DNA of 44,989 nucleotides from a virus (lineage: Duplodnaviria > Caudoviricetes), in the IMG/VR virus record IMGVR_UViG_3300017540_000270, positions 1 through 44,989 of that record; one strand, given 5' to 3'. Every line of letters starts with the position of its first letter. Position 1 is the first letter of the stretch. Of the stretch, positions 35,883 to 44,480 are shown piece by piece. Under the pieces are notes generated by a model that was given only the letters and a program-made list of their open reading frames with translations, was not told where the DNA came from and searched no databases. A program made the translations under genes and the position numbers.

Positions 35883-36085
35883 CAGGCGTCACCATCCTTC
35901 TTGGGGCGCCCACGGGCGGGCTTGGCGGGCTCGGGCTCCTCGGCCTCACCGGCCGGGGCATCGCCGAGGACGCCCAGGGAGCGGGCCTCCTCGACGGTGA
36001 CCTCCTGGCCGGCGAACGCCGCGAAGTAGCTCGTCCCGTTGTCATGCCGGAGGATCACGTCCTCCTTGAGGACGACCGTCTCCAC
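35882..36085 (-). CDS. Hypothetical protein downstream of the capsid gene
   Basis: GTG just after the capsid stop; RGRPKK tail. Confidence 0.6.
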   Translation of the reverse strand: METVVLKEDVILRHDNGTSYFAAFAGQEVTVEEARSLGVLGDAPAGEAEEPEPAKPARGRPKKDGDA

Positions 36086-36087
36086 GA

Positions 36088-37368
36088 TCAGAACCCGGTG
36101 AGCTGGCAGAATGCCTTGGGCTGCAGGAGCGTGGCGGCAGCCCGGAACTCGGCCAGCAGGGCGACAAGACCCTTCAGGAAGAAGTCCGCGTGGCTGTCGC
36201 TGGCAGCGACGCTGATGCCAGTCCGCATCCACATCACGTACTGGCTGTAGTCCCCGACGAGCGGGTTGCCGGGCGTGAAGAGGGTGCTGACGACCGGGGT
36301 CAGGCCCCAGATGGTCCGGATGTCCTCGGCGCTGCGCCCGTGGACGTAGTTCCCGTTGGCGTCCTTCTCCAGGACGACCGACTCGAAGTCGGTCGGGTGC
36401 ATGCCGATGACCGACGGCTCGTCCTCGTAGTTGATCCGGACGTTGGTGATCGCCTTGTGCACGGCGTCGAAGCGGGTGTCGGAGCCCAGCGCCTGCGCGC
36501 CGATGCCGACCGTCTGCAGGATGCCCCGCAGGTTCTCACCCGTGCCGTCGCCGACGAGCGCCTGGCGCTCGGCCTCGAGCCGCAGGCCCTTCACGAGCGA
36601 CGTCTCGAGGAGCGTCTTGAGCTGCCCGGAGTCCATGAGCGCACCCTTGGTGGCGGGCACGTGATGCGGAATCCGCTTCACGCTCGTCGAGTCCTTGGTG
36701 TAGCCGTAGCTCGCCTCGGGAGCGGCGGTGCCGTAGGGCGTGGGCGCGGCGGCATGGGTCCGCGTGGTCTCCCGCACGAACTCCACCGTGTCGCTGTCGG
36801 TCTCGCCGATCGTGATGACGTCGAGAAGGCGCACGCGCCGCTCGGGCATCGGGACGATCAGGTTCTCCAGCCGGTCGGACCAGATGACGCCGCCGCCGGA
36901 GCCGGCCGCGTTCGTGACCGTGGCGCGCAGGCGCAGGAGCTCACGCGCGGCGTCGCGCGTAGCGACCTCCACGGGCGCCATCTCGACGCGGGCCTGCGAC
37001 ATCTCCAGGACCTTCGAGTCGCGGAGGGCCTTGAGCTCGGCGGAGCGGAGCAGGGCCTCAGCGATCGAGCGGGCCTCGCGGGTCCGCGAACCCTTGCGCT
37101 CCTCCTCGTCGGCCTTCTCGCCGACGCGCCGCATCGTGGCGTCGAGGCGGGAGCGGAGCTCGCTGACCTCATCGCGCAGGGCGTCGGCCGGCTTGTAGGC
37201 CGAGTCGACCTGCTCGTAGGCGTCCTTGTCGACCAGCGGGTTGATGCCCTTGGCCTTCAGGTCGGCGACCACCTGGTCGGCAGCCGCGCGCAGCCGGGTC
37301 TCCTCGGCCGCCTTGCTCTGGATCGTGGAGCGAAGCTCGACGATCTCCTTCTCCAGGTCCACGGTCAC
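36088..37368 (-). CDS. Major capsid protein (HK97 fold, N-terminal scaffolding-like segment)
   Basis: GDGTGENLRGIL, KDANGNY, IWGLTPV, FLKGLVALLAE. Confidence 0.95.
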   Translation of the reverse strand: MTVDLEKEIVELRSTIQSKAAEETRLRAAADQVVADLKAKGINPLVDKDAYEQVDSAYKPADALRDEVSELRSRLDATMRRVGEKADEEERKGSRTREARSIAEALLRSAELKALRDSKVLEMSQARVEMAPVEVATRDAARELLRLRATVTNAAGSGGGVIWSDRLENLIVPMPERRVRLLDVITIGETDSDTVEFVRETTRTHAAAPTPYGTAAPEASYGYTKDSTSVKRIPHHVPATKGALMDSGQLKTLLETSLVKGLRLEAERQALVGDGTGENLRGILQTVGIGAQALGSDTRFDAVHKAITNVRINYEDEPSVIGMHPTDFESVVLEKDANGNYVHGRSAEDIRTIWGLTPVVSTLFTPGNPLVGDYSQYVMWMRTGISVAASDSHADFFLKGLVALLAEFRAAATLLQPKAFCQLTGF

Positions 37369-38051
37369 GTGCGGTTCTGCTCCTCGTCGGTTTCGTTACC
37401 GGTGTTCCACTGTACCATGACGCTCAAGGCTTCACGGACGGCGGGGTTGCTGAGGAGGCTCCAAGCCTCCTCGAGGATGGCGGGATCGTCCGCCTCACTC
37501 CGATCCTCGTTGCTCTCCTGGGACTCGGCAGCTGCGAGGCGGACGTCGTCGATCGTGGCGGCGCGAACCGCGATCATCTCGGTGTTCGCGGCACCGCGGA
37601 CGACGACGCTGGCCTCCAGCACCTCGCCGCGGTCCACGTGCTCCAGGTTGCGGAGCTCCTGGTCCTGACGGACCTCGTTGGCCACGTAGCCCAGGCTCCA
37701 CTCACGCAGGCCGCCCTCCTTGGCGGCGAGCCACACGGCCTTCGCCTCGGGTAGGTCGTCCACGAACAGCTTCGCCTCGACGCGCAGGCCGTGCTCGTCG
37801 CTCTTGGCGCGTGCGACCCCGATGGGCGGCTGCGGCGTCCCCTTCACCGAAGTCCACGTGTGCTCCCAGAAGACGGGGATCACGTTGTCCTGCGCGGCGA
37901 GGCTGTCGTCGAAAGCCCCGCGGGTGATCGACTCGAAGGCCTTGTCGCCGATCTGGTACGGCGAGTCGTACACCGTGGCGTAGCCGACCAGGACGCCCTC
38001 GCCCTCCTCGGGCATGGCGCGGAACTGGACGGCGAGTCGGCGAGGCTTCAT
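37365..38051 (-). CDS. HK97-family prohead protease
   Basis: GYATVY, GAF, FWEH, WSLGY, EASVV..AAN. Confidence 0.92.
   Translation of the reverse strand: MKPRRLAVQFRAMPEEGEGVLVGYATVYDSPYQIGDKAFESITRGAFDDSLAAQDNVIPVFWEHTWTSVKGTPQPPIGVARAKSDEHGLRVEAKLFVDDLPEAKAVWLAAKEGGLREWSLGYVANEVRQDQELRNLEHVDRGEVLEASVVVRGAANTEMIAVRAATIDDVRLAAAESQESNEDRSEADDPAILEEAWSLLSNPAVREALSVMVQWNTGNETDEEQNRT
37403..37422 (-). promoter_or_regulatory. Motif copy inside the protease 3' end, upstream of the capsid gene
   Basis: Minus strand CGTCAT-GGTACAGT-GGAACA. Confidence 0.65.
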
Positions 38052-38054
38052 CAG

Positions 38055-38074
38055 CGTCTCACTATACCATGTCG
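38055..38074 (-). promoter_or_regulatory. Conserved promoter/operator motif copy
   Basis: Minus strand CGACAT-GGTATAGT-GAGACG-CTG-ATG. Confidence 0.65.
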
Positions 38075-38395
38075 TCCATGCTGCCAGAGACAATCGCGGA
38101 GCCCTGCGAGTCGTCGGCGAGCCTGTTCAGCAGCTCAGCGAGCTGCGTTCGAGCGACGTCGACCCCTGGGAGGATGGGGCCGAACCCTCGCCCTTCGGCT
38201 GAGCGGACGAGCCACGTGCAACCGTCCAGGTCACCTCGCACGCGGGCTTCGGCACGCAACGGGTCAGTTTCCCCTGCGTGGCGGGCGCACCAGCGGTATC
38301 GGGAGCAGGTGCAGCGCCTAGACATCGACGTCGCCCCCCCTGACTGCCAGAGAGTGCTGTCCTGGTCTTGGTGAGGACAACGCCGTAGCCGTGCA

Positions 38396-38698
38396 TCAGC
38401 GGCGGATCGGCGGCTCACCCGTGAGTTCGTCGAGCCCGGCGTCTTGGGAGATAGCGGCGATCTCGTCAAGGGCGATGATGCGCTGAAAGCGCCGCAACTC
38501 GGCCCGCAGCCGCTCGTTCTCGACATCCAGGTGCTCGATACGGTCGGCCTCCTCGCTCAGCGCCTCCCGCAGCCGGTCGATCTCAGCGAGGGCCGACTGC
38601 AAGTCCCTCGCCCACCCGTTGACAACTGGGCTGAACGAGGCCAGCCCGAAAGTGACGCGGCGACCAAGGCGCTCTCGGTCGAAGTCTTCAGTCGTCAT
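38396..38698 (-). CDS. Hypothetical coiled-coil protein
   Basis: AAGGAG RBS; starts MTTEDFDRE; ALDEIAAISQDAGL. Confidence 0.6.
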   Translation of the reverse strand: MTTEDFDRERLGRRVTFGLASFSPVVNGWARDLQSALAEIDRLREALSEEADRIEHLDVENERLRAELRRFQRIIALDEIAAISQDAGLDELTGEPPIRR

Positions 38699-38714
38699 GG
38701 GGGCTCCTTGGGGG

Positions 38715-41522
38715 TCAGGCGGCGGTGCCGGGCAGCGACGTGGGCCAAGGCGTCGACGATGCGGCTGGGAAGTTGATGGACTGCTGACGGATGGCGCCGT
38801 CTGCGCCCGCCGACGAGGATGCGCCCCGCTGCAACGTGCCGTTATTCGCGACAACGAGGCTGCTGACCGACGAGCTGCCGATGACCACGGGCACCAGGAC
38901 CGAGTAGGTAGGCCGGAAGCCCGCTGGAAGGGCATAGGACGACCAGACGTTCACGTCGGTGACGCCGGTGCGCTCCAAGAAGTTGACCTGCACGGTCACG
39001 AGGTCCACGGTGCGGCGAACGAAGATGCCCCCGCCGGCCCCAGACATGGGAGCCCACGATCCAGAGTTGAGGGCCTGCCCGGTGACGACCCCAGCCGCGT
39101 CCCAGGTCGTGATGGCACGCCACCCGGTGTCGCCCCACACCACCCGCCAGCCGGTGTTTCCGGTGCCGGACGCCTTGACCCACGTGACGGCACCGTTGGT
39201 GGCGGCGAGGTCGCGATAGAGGGTGCCGACGGGGGCGGCCACCACACCCTGGGGAGAGCCGGTGCCCTCGATCATCGCCGGCCCTGTCGTCAGGGCACCT
39301 AGCGCGGGCTGGGCGCGGAGAAGCGTCGCGAGCGCGTTGGGGGCCCGACCAAGCAGGGTCGAGCCGGGGTCGACGCCGAGCACAGCGGCGACGGCGGCAA
39401 TCTCCTCGTCCGACAGGGCGCGGGGGAACACGGCGGCACCGAGCCACTCGCCGTCGAACGTGTGCGAGGAGCCGGAGCCGACAGAGTCCGCGCCGATGCG
39501 GAGCACGCCCGTGTTGGCGGGGGACCCCTCCGACGCGATGCTGGCGCCTGTGTTGCGAGCGTCGACGCTGAATGCATAGAGCCGCTGGGCCGCACGGTCG
39601 ACGATCTCGGCGGCCGACGTCGCCACGCCCGCGGGGCTGATCGCGATGCTCGTGTGGACGAACGGGGAGACGTTGTCGGACAGGCGGGCCTCGACCGTCG
39701 TCGGGCCGAGCCAGAGCCCGTACTGCGGGTCGGTCGCGGACGATGCGGCCCGCTTCACCATGAGCATGTCGTTGCCGTCCGGGGTGCCGTGCCGTCGGTA
39801 CGCGGTGATGAGCGTGAAGGAGTCCGCCGCGCCGAAGGCCAGATCGGGGGCGTCCGGGGTCTGCATGTATGACCCGCCGAACAGGAACAGGGACCGGTCG
39901 ACGACGGCAACCTTCTTCCCGGAGGTGGGGCGTGAGATGGTCCACGTGCGGCCGCCCGAGTTGCCGCCGGTCTGGCCCATGTCGGACGCGCGCCACGAGA
40001 CGACCTCGGTCCCGTTGCCGCTGACCGTAAGGCTGTAGACCTTGCCGCCGATGTTCTGCGTGACGCCGAGCCCGATGCCGGAGATGTTTAGCGGCGCGGT
40101 CGGTGCGTGGACAGCCACGGCAGAGCCGGTGACCGTCGCTCCGATCTGTGCCCACGCGGAGCCGGTCCACCGGGACACCTTGAGCCACCGACCGCCGGCG
40201 CCGTCGTTGAGGAGGAACTCGACCTTGAGCCGCTGTCGGCCCGACAGCCCAAGGGGGGCGGTCGTCTGCGCCGCTGGGACGGTCGTCCCATCCGGGGAAT
40301 GGAACAGGGCAAGCGCCCCGGACGGCGTGATCTGTAGCGCCCAACTCTGCTGACCGGAGGACCACTGCGAGGCGAAGGTCTGCGAGCCCGACGTCCACGA
40401 GTCGAGCGCCATGTCCACCTCAACCGCGACCTGCACGGTCGCTCCGATCCATGCCGAGATGTTGTCGCTGATGATCCGATTCCCGGCGACAGCCGGGAAG
40501 TAGACATACGGCTCGCCGTCGTAGGGCAGGAAGGTGGGAGCGGCCGAGCCGGCCCCGAGGGTCATGTCGTGGCCGCGGCCGGAGCCGTCCGCGAGCACAC
40601 CCGTGCCGTCGTAGTCCGCGGCCCGCCACCACGCGACCGCGTCGCGCATGATCCCGCGGCGTAGCGCCTCCCGGTCAGCCGCCCCACCGTCGACCACACC
40701 CTCGGCGATCCCGGCGATGTCCGGCCTGCCTGTCAGGTCGGCGTACGCGCCGGAGGAAGCGACCGGGGCGAGCCCGAGCGTCGACCTGGCGGCGCCGGCG
40801 TTCGCGATCGCGAGCCACGACTTCGCCCACGCGGTGAGGGTCGCCCCAGACAGCTCGTCGAGCGTCGCGTCCTTGTCCTGCTTGCCGGCGAGCGCGGCGG
40901 ACAGGTCCGCCGGCTGCACCGCGGTGTCGGCCTTGGCCCCCTGCGCGGCGCTGGCGAAGTCGCTGACATCCGCCGCCGCCGCAGACCCCAACGTCGGAAG
41001 GCCGGTCAGGTCGGCGTACGCGCCCGACGTCGCGACCGGCGCGAGCGAGGGCGTGTTCTCGAGGTCGGAGTACTCGCCGGACCTAGAGACCGGGTGGAGG
41101 TCATCCAGCTCCTGGTGAGCTGCGTCAGCCTTCGCGTCGACCGATGCGATCTGAAGGACGAGCAGGTTCAGGCCGGGCGGGTCGATCGCACCAGGCGGGT
41201 CCGCCATGATGTCAGCGGCGTCGACGGGGCCGGGCACGTCCGGGACGATCCAGTAGGCGACGTCGCGCGACCCATCCTCGAAGGTGACGGTCCGCTTCCA
41301 GACGGTGCCGGAGGGCTCGATCAGACTGTTCGGCACGAGGTCGATGCTGATGAGGCCGCTGGGCGACAGCGCAAACCGCCGGGATGTGACGATCGTCTGG
41401 CCAGCCGCGTGAACGTAGCCGGTAATCGGCTTGCCGTCCTCGCCAGCGAGAACGACGGACACGTGCCTCACACGGGCCGGTGCGCCGCCCGGCGCCACGT
41501 ACGTCTCGCGGACGATCGTCAC
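38715..41522 (-). CDS. Large virion fiber/minor structural protein with LamG-like lectin domains
   Basis: VATSGAYADL repeats, two LamG-like beta domains, GTGSPQGVVAAPVGTLY; coupled to the portal stop. Confidence 0.75.
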   Translation of the reverse strand: MTIVRETYVAPGGAPARVRHVSVVLAGEDGKPITGYVHAAGQTIVTSRRFALSPSGLISIDLVPNSLIEPSGTVWKRTVTFEDGSRDVAYWIVPDVPGPVDAADIMADPPGAIDPPGLNLLVLQIASVDAKADAAHQELDDLHPVSRSGEYSDLENTPSLAPVATSGAYADLTGLPTLGSAAAADVSDFASAAQGAKADTAVQPADLSAALAGKQDKDATLDELSGATLTAWAKSWLAIANAGAARSTLGLAPVASSGAYADLTGRPDIAGIAEGVVDGGAADREALRRGIMRDAVAWWRAADYDGTGVLADGSGRGHDMTLGAGSAAPTFLPYDGEPYVYFPAVAGNRIISDNISAWIGATVQVAVEVDMALDSWTSGSQTFASQWSSGQQSWALQITPSGALALFHSPDGTTVPAAQTTAPLGLSGRQRLKVEFLLNDGAGGRWLKVSRWTGSAWAQIGATVTGSAVAVHAPTAPLNISGIGLGVTQNIGGKVYSLTVSGNGTEVVSWRASDMGQTGGNSGGRTWTISRPTSGKKVAVVDRSLFLFGGSYMQTPDAPDLAFGAADSFTLITAYRRHGTPDGNDMLMVKRAASSATDPQYGLWLGPTTVEARLSDNVSPFVHTSIAISPAGVATSAAEIVDRAAQRLYAFSVDARNTGASIASEGSPANTGVLRIGADSVGSGSSHTFDGEWLGAAVFPRALSDEEIAAVAAVLGVDPGSTLLGRAPNALATLLRAQPALGALTTGPAMIEGTGSPQGVVAAPVGTLYRDLAATNGAVTWVKASGTGNTGWRVVWGDTGWRAITTWDAAGVVTGQALNSGSWAPMSGAGGGIFVRRTVDLVTVQVNFLERTGVTDVNVWSSYALPAGFRPTYSVLVPVVIGSSSVSSLVVANNGTLQRGASSSAGADGAIRQQSINFPAASSTPWPTSLPGTAA

Positions 41523-42832
41523 TCGGTCTCCTCCGACTCGTCATCATCGGCCGGCTCGTCGGCCGGCTCGTCGGGCTTCAGCGGCGGCGCGATCCCGAGG
41601 TAGGCGCCGCCCGGCGTGACGGCCACGGTGTCGGCCTCGGGGTACTCCAGCTTCGGGAGGCCGACCTTGCGACGCCGCTCGTTCGTGGTCATCGTCGTCT
41701 CGAGGTCCTTGAAGGCCTTGCCCATCGCCTCCAGGTCGGGACGCAGGTGCTCGTCCAGGTCGAACTGCACGTAGTGGTAGCGCAGCGACGGGTTGGGGTC
41801 GATCAGCTGCGCCTGGATGTCGTCCTCGAAGGCCGGCGCCCAAGCACCCACCACGTCGCGAATGAACTGCTCGCGCAGCTCGCGCACGTTCGACTGGATG
41901 GCCCGGTCGAGGATGCCGAGGACTGGCGGCGGGATGCGGAAGACGCCCGCGATCTCCTCGCGGGAAAGCTTGATGAGCTCAACGATCTGCGAGTGATCGT
42001 GCTGCGCCGTGAGCGGCTGGAAGTCGGCCGTAGTGACCAGGACCTTCCCGGCGTTCTCGGGCGACGTGTAGAGCTCGCGAATGAGCTCCTGCATCGTCTT
42101 GATCGCCTCGGGCTTGGCGCCGGGCTGCAGCTTGAAGTTGCCGCTCGGACGAGCCGCGTTCTGGAAGAAGGAAGTGAGGTGCCGCGCCAGCGCCTCGTGC
42201 AGCGCGAGCGTGTGCTGCAACGCCTCCATCGGAGGCACGCCGAGCGGGCTGTCCGGGTCGTCGCCGGCCGAGAAGTGGATGACGTCCTCAGGCGCGAAGA
42301 AGCGAGAATCCTTGGTGCCGACCACCTCGTAGGTGAGGATCGGCACGTGGTCACCCTCGTGCACGCGCACCTTGCGCCACGGCACGTACGTCAGTGCTCC
42401 GTCCTGCACGCCGACCCACAGGGCGTTGCCGAAGATCAGGTACTCGGTCGCGGTGGCGCGCATCCGGCGCTGCGGACCCATCCGGTTCGGCGCGGTGTTG
42501 AGCTTCCTCGCCAACTCGCGACCCGCGCTGGGCCGGCCAGCTCCGGAGGGCACGTCGTGGCGGTAGCGGATGATGTCCTCGTCACTGATCCGCTCGAACA
42601 CGCCCAGCGCCGAGCGCGACAGCCCCCATGCGGTGGTGCGGATCGCCGCGTTGACCCAGGGGTTCTCCTTGTACAGGCGCTTGTAGGTGGCGTACCGGGC
42701 GGTGCCGGTCGCCGAAGTCGTGAGCCGCACGCCGTTCGACCCCTGGCTGATCTGGCGCGGCCAGTCAAGCTCCGCGAGGGGCCAGCGATCGCGCACCTTC
42801 ACAAGTTCGCCATCAGGGGTGAGGAGCCGCAT
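41519..42832 (-). CDS. Portal protein (HK97 family)
   Basis: FGNA, EDVIHF, LGVPPM, FFQNAARPSG, EIAGVFRIPP, TTNERR. Confidence 0.95.
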   Translation of the reverse strand: MRLLTPDGELVKVRDRWPLAELDWPRQISQGSNGVRLTTSATGTARYATYKRLYKENPWVNAAIRTTAWGLSRSALGVFERISDEDIIRYRHDVPSGAGRPSAGRELARKLNTAPNRMGPQRRMRATATEYLIFGNALWVGVQDGALTYVPWRKVRVHEGDHVPILTYEVVGTKDSRFFAPEDVIHFSAGDDPDSPLGVPPMEALQHTLALHEALARHLTSFFQNAARPSGNFKLQPGAKPEAIKTMQELIRELYTSPENAGKVLVTTADFQPLTAQHDHSQIVELIKLSREEIAGVFRIPPPVLGILDRAIQSNVRELREQFIRDVVGAWAPAFEDDIQAQLIDPNPSLRYHYVQFDLDEHLRPDLEAMGKAFKDLETTMTTNERRRKVGLPKLEYPEADTVAVTPGGAYLGIAPPLKPDEPADEPADDDESEETE

Positions 42833-42836
42833 CGTG

Positions 42837-42856
42837 AGTCTGATTGTACTATGACG
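42837..42856 (-). promoter_or_regulatory. Conserved promoter/operator motif copy
   Basis: Minus strand CGTCAT-AGTACAAT-CAGACT, upstream of the portal ATG. Confidence 0.7.
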
Positions 42857-43067
42857 CGGACGCGGTAGGATGGTCCCCGAAGGGTCCTCCCACCCGGGTG
42901 GCGGTTCTCAGCGTGTTCGTGGTGGTCCGCGCTGAGGCCGCCACTTCTGGTTCCTGGCCGAACAGCCGAACGAGCTTGGCGACCACCGACGGGGACAGCT
43001 CCGGATCTAGGCCGTGCTCCTCGCGGAGCTGCGCGTACGCCCTGCGGGCATCGTTGGTGGTCGCCAT
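42849..43067 (-). CDS. Small protein downstream of the integrase (recombination directionality factor candidate)
   Basis: Has its own motif copy; REEHGLDPELSPSVVAKLVRLF. Confidence 0.5.
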   Translation of the reverse strand: MATTNDARRAYAQLREEHGLDPELSPSVVAKLVRLFGQEPEVAASARTTTNTLRTATRVGGPFGDHPTASAS

Positions 43068-43070
43068 GAC

Positions 43071-43090
43071 CGTCTCACTGTACCGGAACG
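43071..43090 (-). promoter_or_regulatory. Motif copy overlapping the integrase stop
   Basis: Minus strand CGTTCC-GGTACAGT-GAGACG-GTC-ATG. Confidence 0.6.
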
Positions 43091-44442
43091 GGCGTCAGGC
43101 GTCCAGGGTCGAACCGCGCGCCCGGCCGGCCCTCCCTCACGCCGATGCGGTCGAAGATGGCTTGGACCACCTGCCGGCGCCACGCGACGTCATCCCGGCG
43201 CTCCCACTCTGCGAAGACGTCCCGCGCGGCCACGCCGTGCAGCGGCCCGCGCTGAGCGGCAACCGCGACGCGCCGCTCCAGCGCCTCAGCCTCCTCGCGG
43301 AGCTTCGCGCTCGCAGCCTGGAACGCTGGCCGCGGGATGAGGCCCGCCGCGTAGTCCTCTCCGAGTTCTGCCATTCGTTGTTCAACTTCGTGGAGCTTTC
43401 GCATCGTGTCGCCCTCAGCGCTCGACGCGTCGCGGCCCACTTGCAGCGCTCGCACGACCTCGGGCCGTTCGAGGGCTGCGAAGGTCAGCTGCGTGATCCA
43501 CTCCTCGGTGCGGTCGGCGTTGATCGCCCGGCCACAGCCGTTGTACGGCGCCCAAGTCGGACAGCGGTACGTGCGCTCCTTGCCTCGTGGGTGCCCGACC
43601 ATCTTCGAGCCGCACCCCTCGCAGATGAGCAGGCCGGACAGGAGGTACGAGCGTTTCCCGACCCATTGGGTCCGCTTCGCCTTCACGAGCGCCTCGTGCG
43701 TCGCGCGGTCGAGGATCGGCTCCCAGCTGCCTTCGCCGATGACCTCGCCCTTGTAGACACGCAGGCCGGCCAGGCGCGGGTTGCGCAGCATCCGCAGCAG
43801 CATCGCAGGCGACCATCGGTTCCCGGCGGTCGTGAGCCTACCGGCCTCGTTCCACTCCTTCGCGATGGCGTACGCCGACTCGCCTTCCATGATTCGCCGC
43901 GCGGCGTCTCGGATCGCGTCGGCCTCGTCGGGCACGAGCTCCATCTGGTGCGTGTACCCGTAGCCACGCTTGCCGCCCGAGCTAGGCAGGCCGTGCTCCG
44001 CAGCGAATCGCCGAGCGGACTTCACACGCATCCCGATCGTGGCGCCCTCCAGCTCGGCGAACACCGCGAGCACCTGCATGATCGCTCGGCCGATCGGGCT
44101 CGAGGTGTCGAAGGGCTCGTTGACCGACACGAGGGCGACGCCATGCTTGTCGCACAGGTCCGCGAAGCGAAGGAACTCCCGCAGGTTCCGGGCAAGGCGG
44201 TCAATCTTCCAGATGACCACCGCGTCGGTGTCGCCGGCCTTGACGCGCTCGATCATCGCCTCGTAGCCCGGCCGGCGCACGCCCTGGCGGTAGGCTGAGA
44301 AGTCGACGTCCTCGTGGACTTGGACGACGTCCCAGCCCTTCGCCTCGGCCAGCCGTACGCAGTCCCGGCGCTGCCGGGTGGTGCTCGTCTGGTCCTCACG
44401 GTCCCGGCTCAGCCGGGTGTACACGTCGCAGCGCATCGCCAT
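43075..44442 (-). CDS. int: Large serine recombinase (integrase)
   Basis: YTRLSRD catalytic Ser, RPGY, KIDRLAR, recombinase domain, LLICEGCG...YRC zinc ribbon, coiled coil. Confidence 0.96.
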   Translation of the reverse strand: MAMRCDVYTRLSRDREDQTSTTRQRRDCVRLAEAKGWDVVQVHEDVDFSAYRQGVRRPGYEAMIERVKAGDTDAVVIWKIDRLARNLREFLRFADLCDKHGVALVSVNEPFDTSSPIGRAIMQVLAVFAELEGATIGMRVKSARRFAAEHGLPSSGGKRGYGYTHQMELVPDEADAIRDAARRIMEGESAYAIAKEWNEAGRLTTAGNRWSPAMLLRMLRNPRLAGLRVYKGEVIGEGSWEPILDRATHEALVKAKRTQWVGKRSYLLSGLLICEGCGSKMVGHPRGKERTYRCPTWAPYNGCGRAINADRTEEWITQLTFAALERPEVVRALQVGRDASSAEGDTMRKLHEVEQRMAELGEDYAAGLIPRPAFQAASAKLREEAEALERRVAVAAQRGPLHGVAARDVFAEWERRDDVAWRRQVVQAIFDRIGVREGRPGARFDPGRLTPVPVQ

Positions 44443-44480
44443 GAACGATACCGTACATAGCGTCACTTTGATCTGGATGA
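44443..44480. other. Prophage-host att junction (crossover about 44469-44473)
   Basis: The conserved NucS ...KPLNWM reads VTLIWM here; sequence left of TGG (44474) is lower in GC and not NucS-like. Confidence 0.75.

Larger units (their letters stand above)
1..44473. mobile_element. Temperate siphovirus-type prophage integrated in nucS (left junction outside window)
   Basis: Head, tail, lysis, replication, packaging and serine-integrase genes are all present; the right boundary abuts a 5'-truncated host nucS. Confidence 0.95.

Noticed and set aside
38075-38395. Glycine or c-di-GMP riboswitch, or self-splicing intron
   Set aside because: Only fragments (GCCGAAG, CTCTGG, GGAAAC) match; the ordered conserved cores were not found
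40730-41090. Repeated DNA segments in the fiber gene as DGR template/variable repeats
   Set aside because: They are protein-level SGAYADL repeats; no reverse transcriptase in the window
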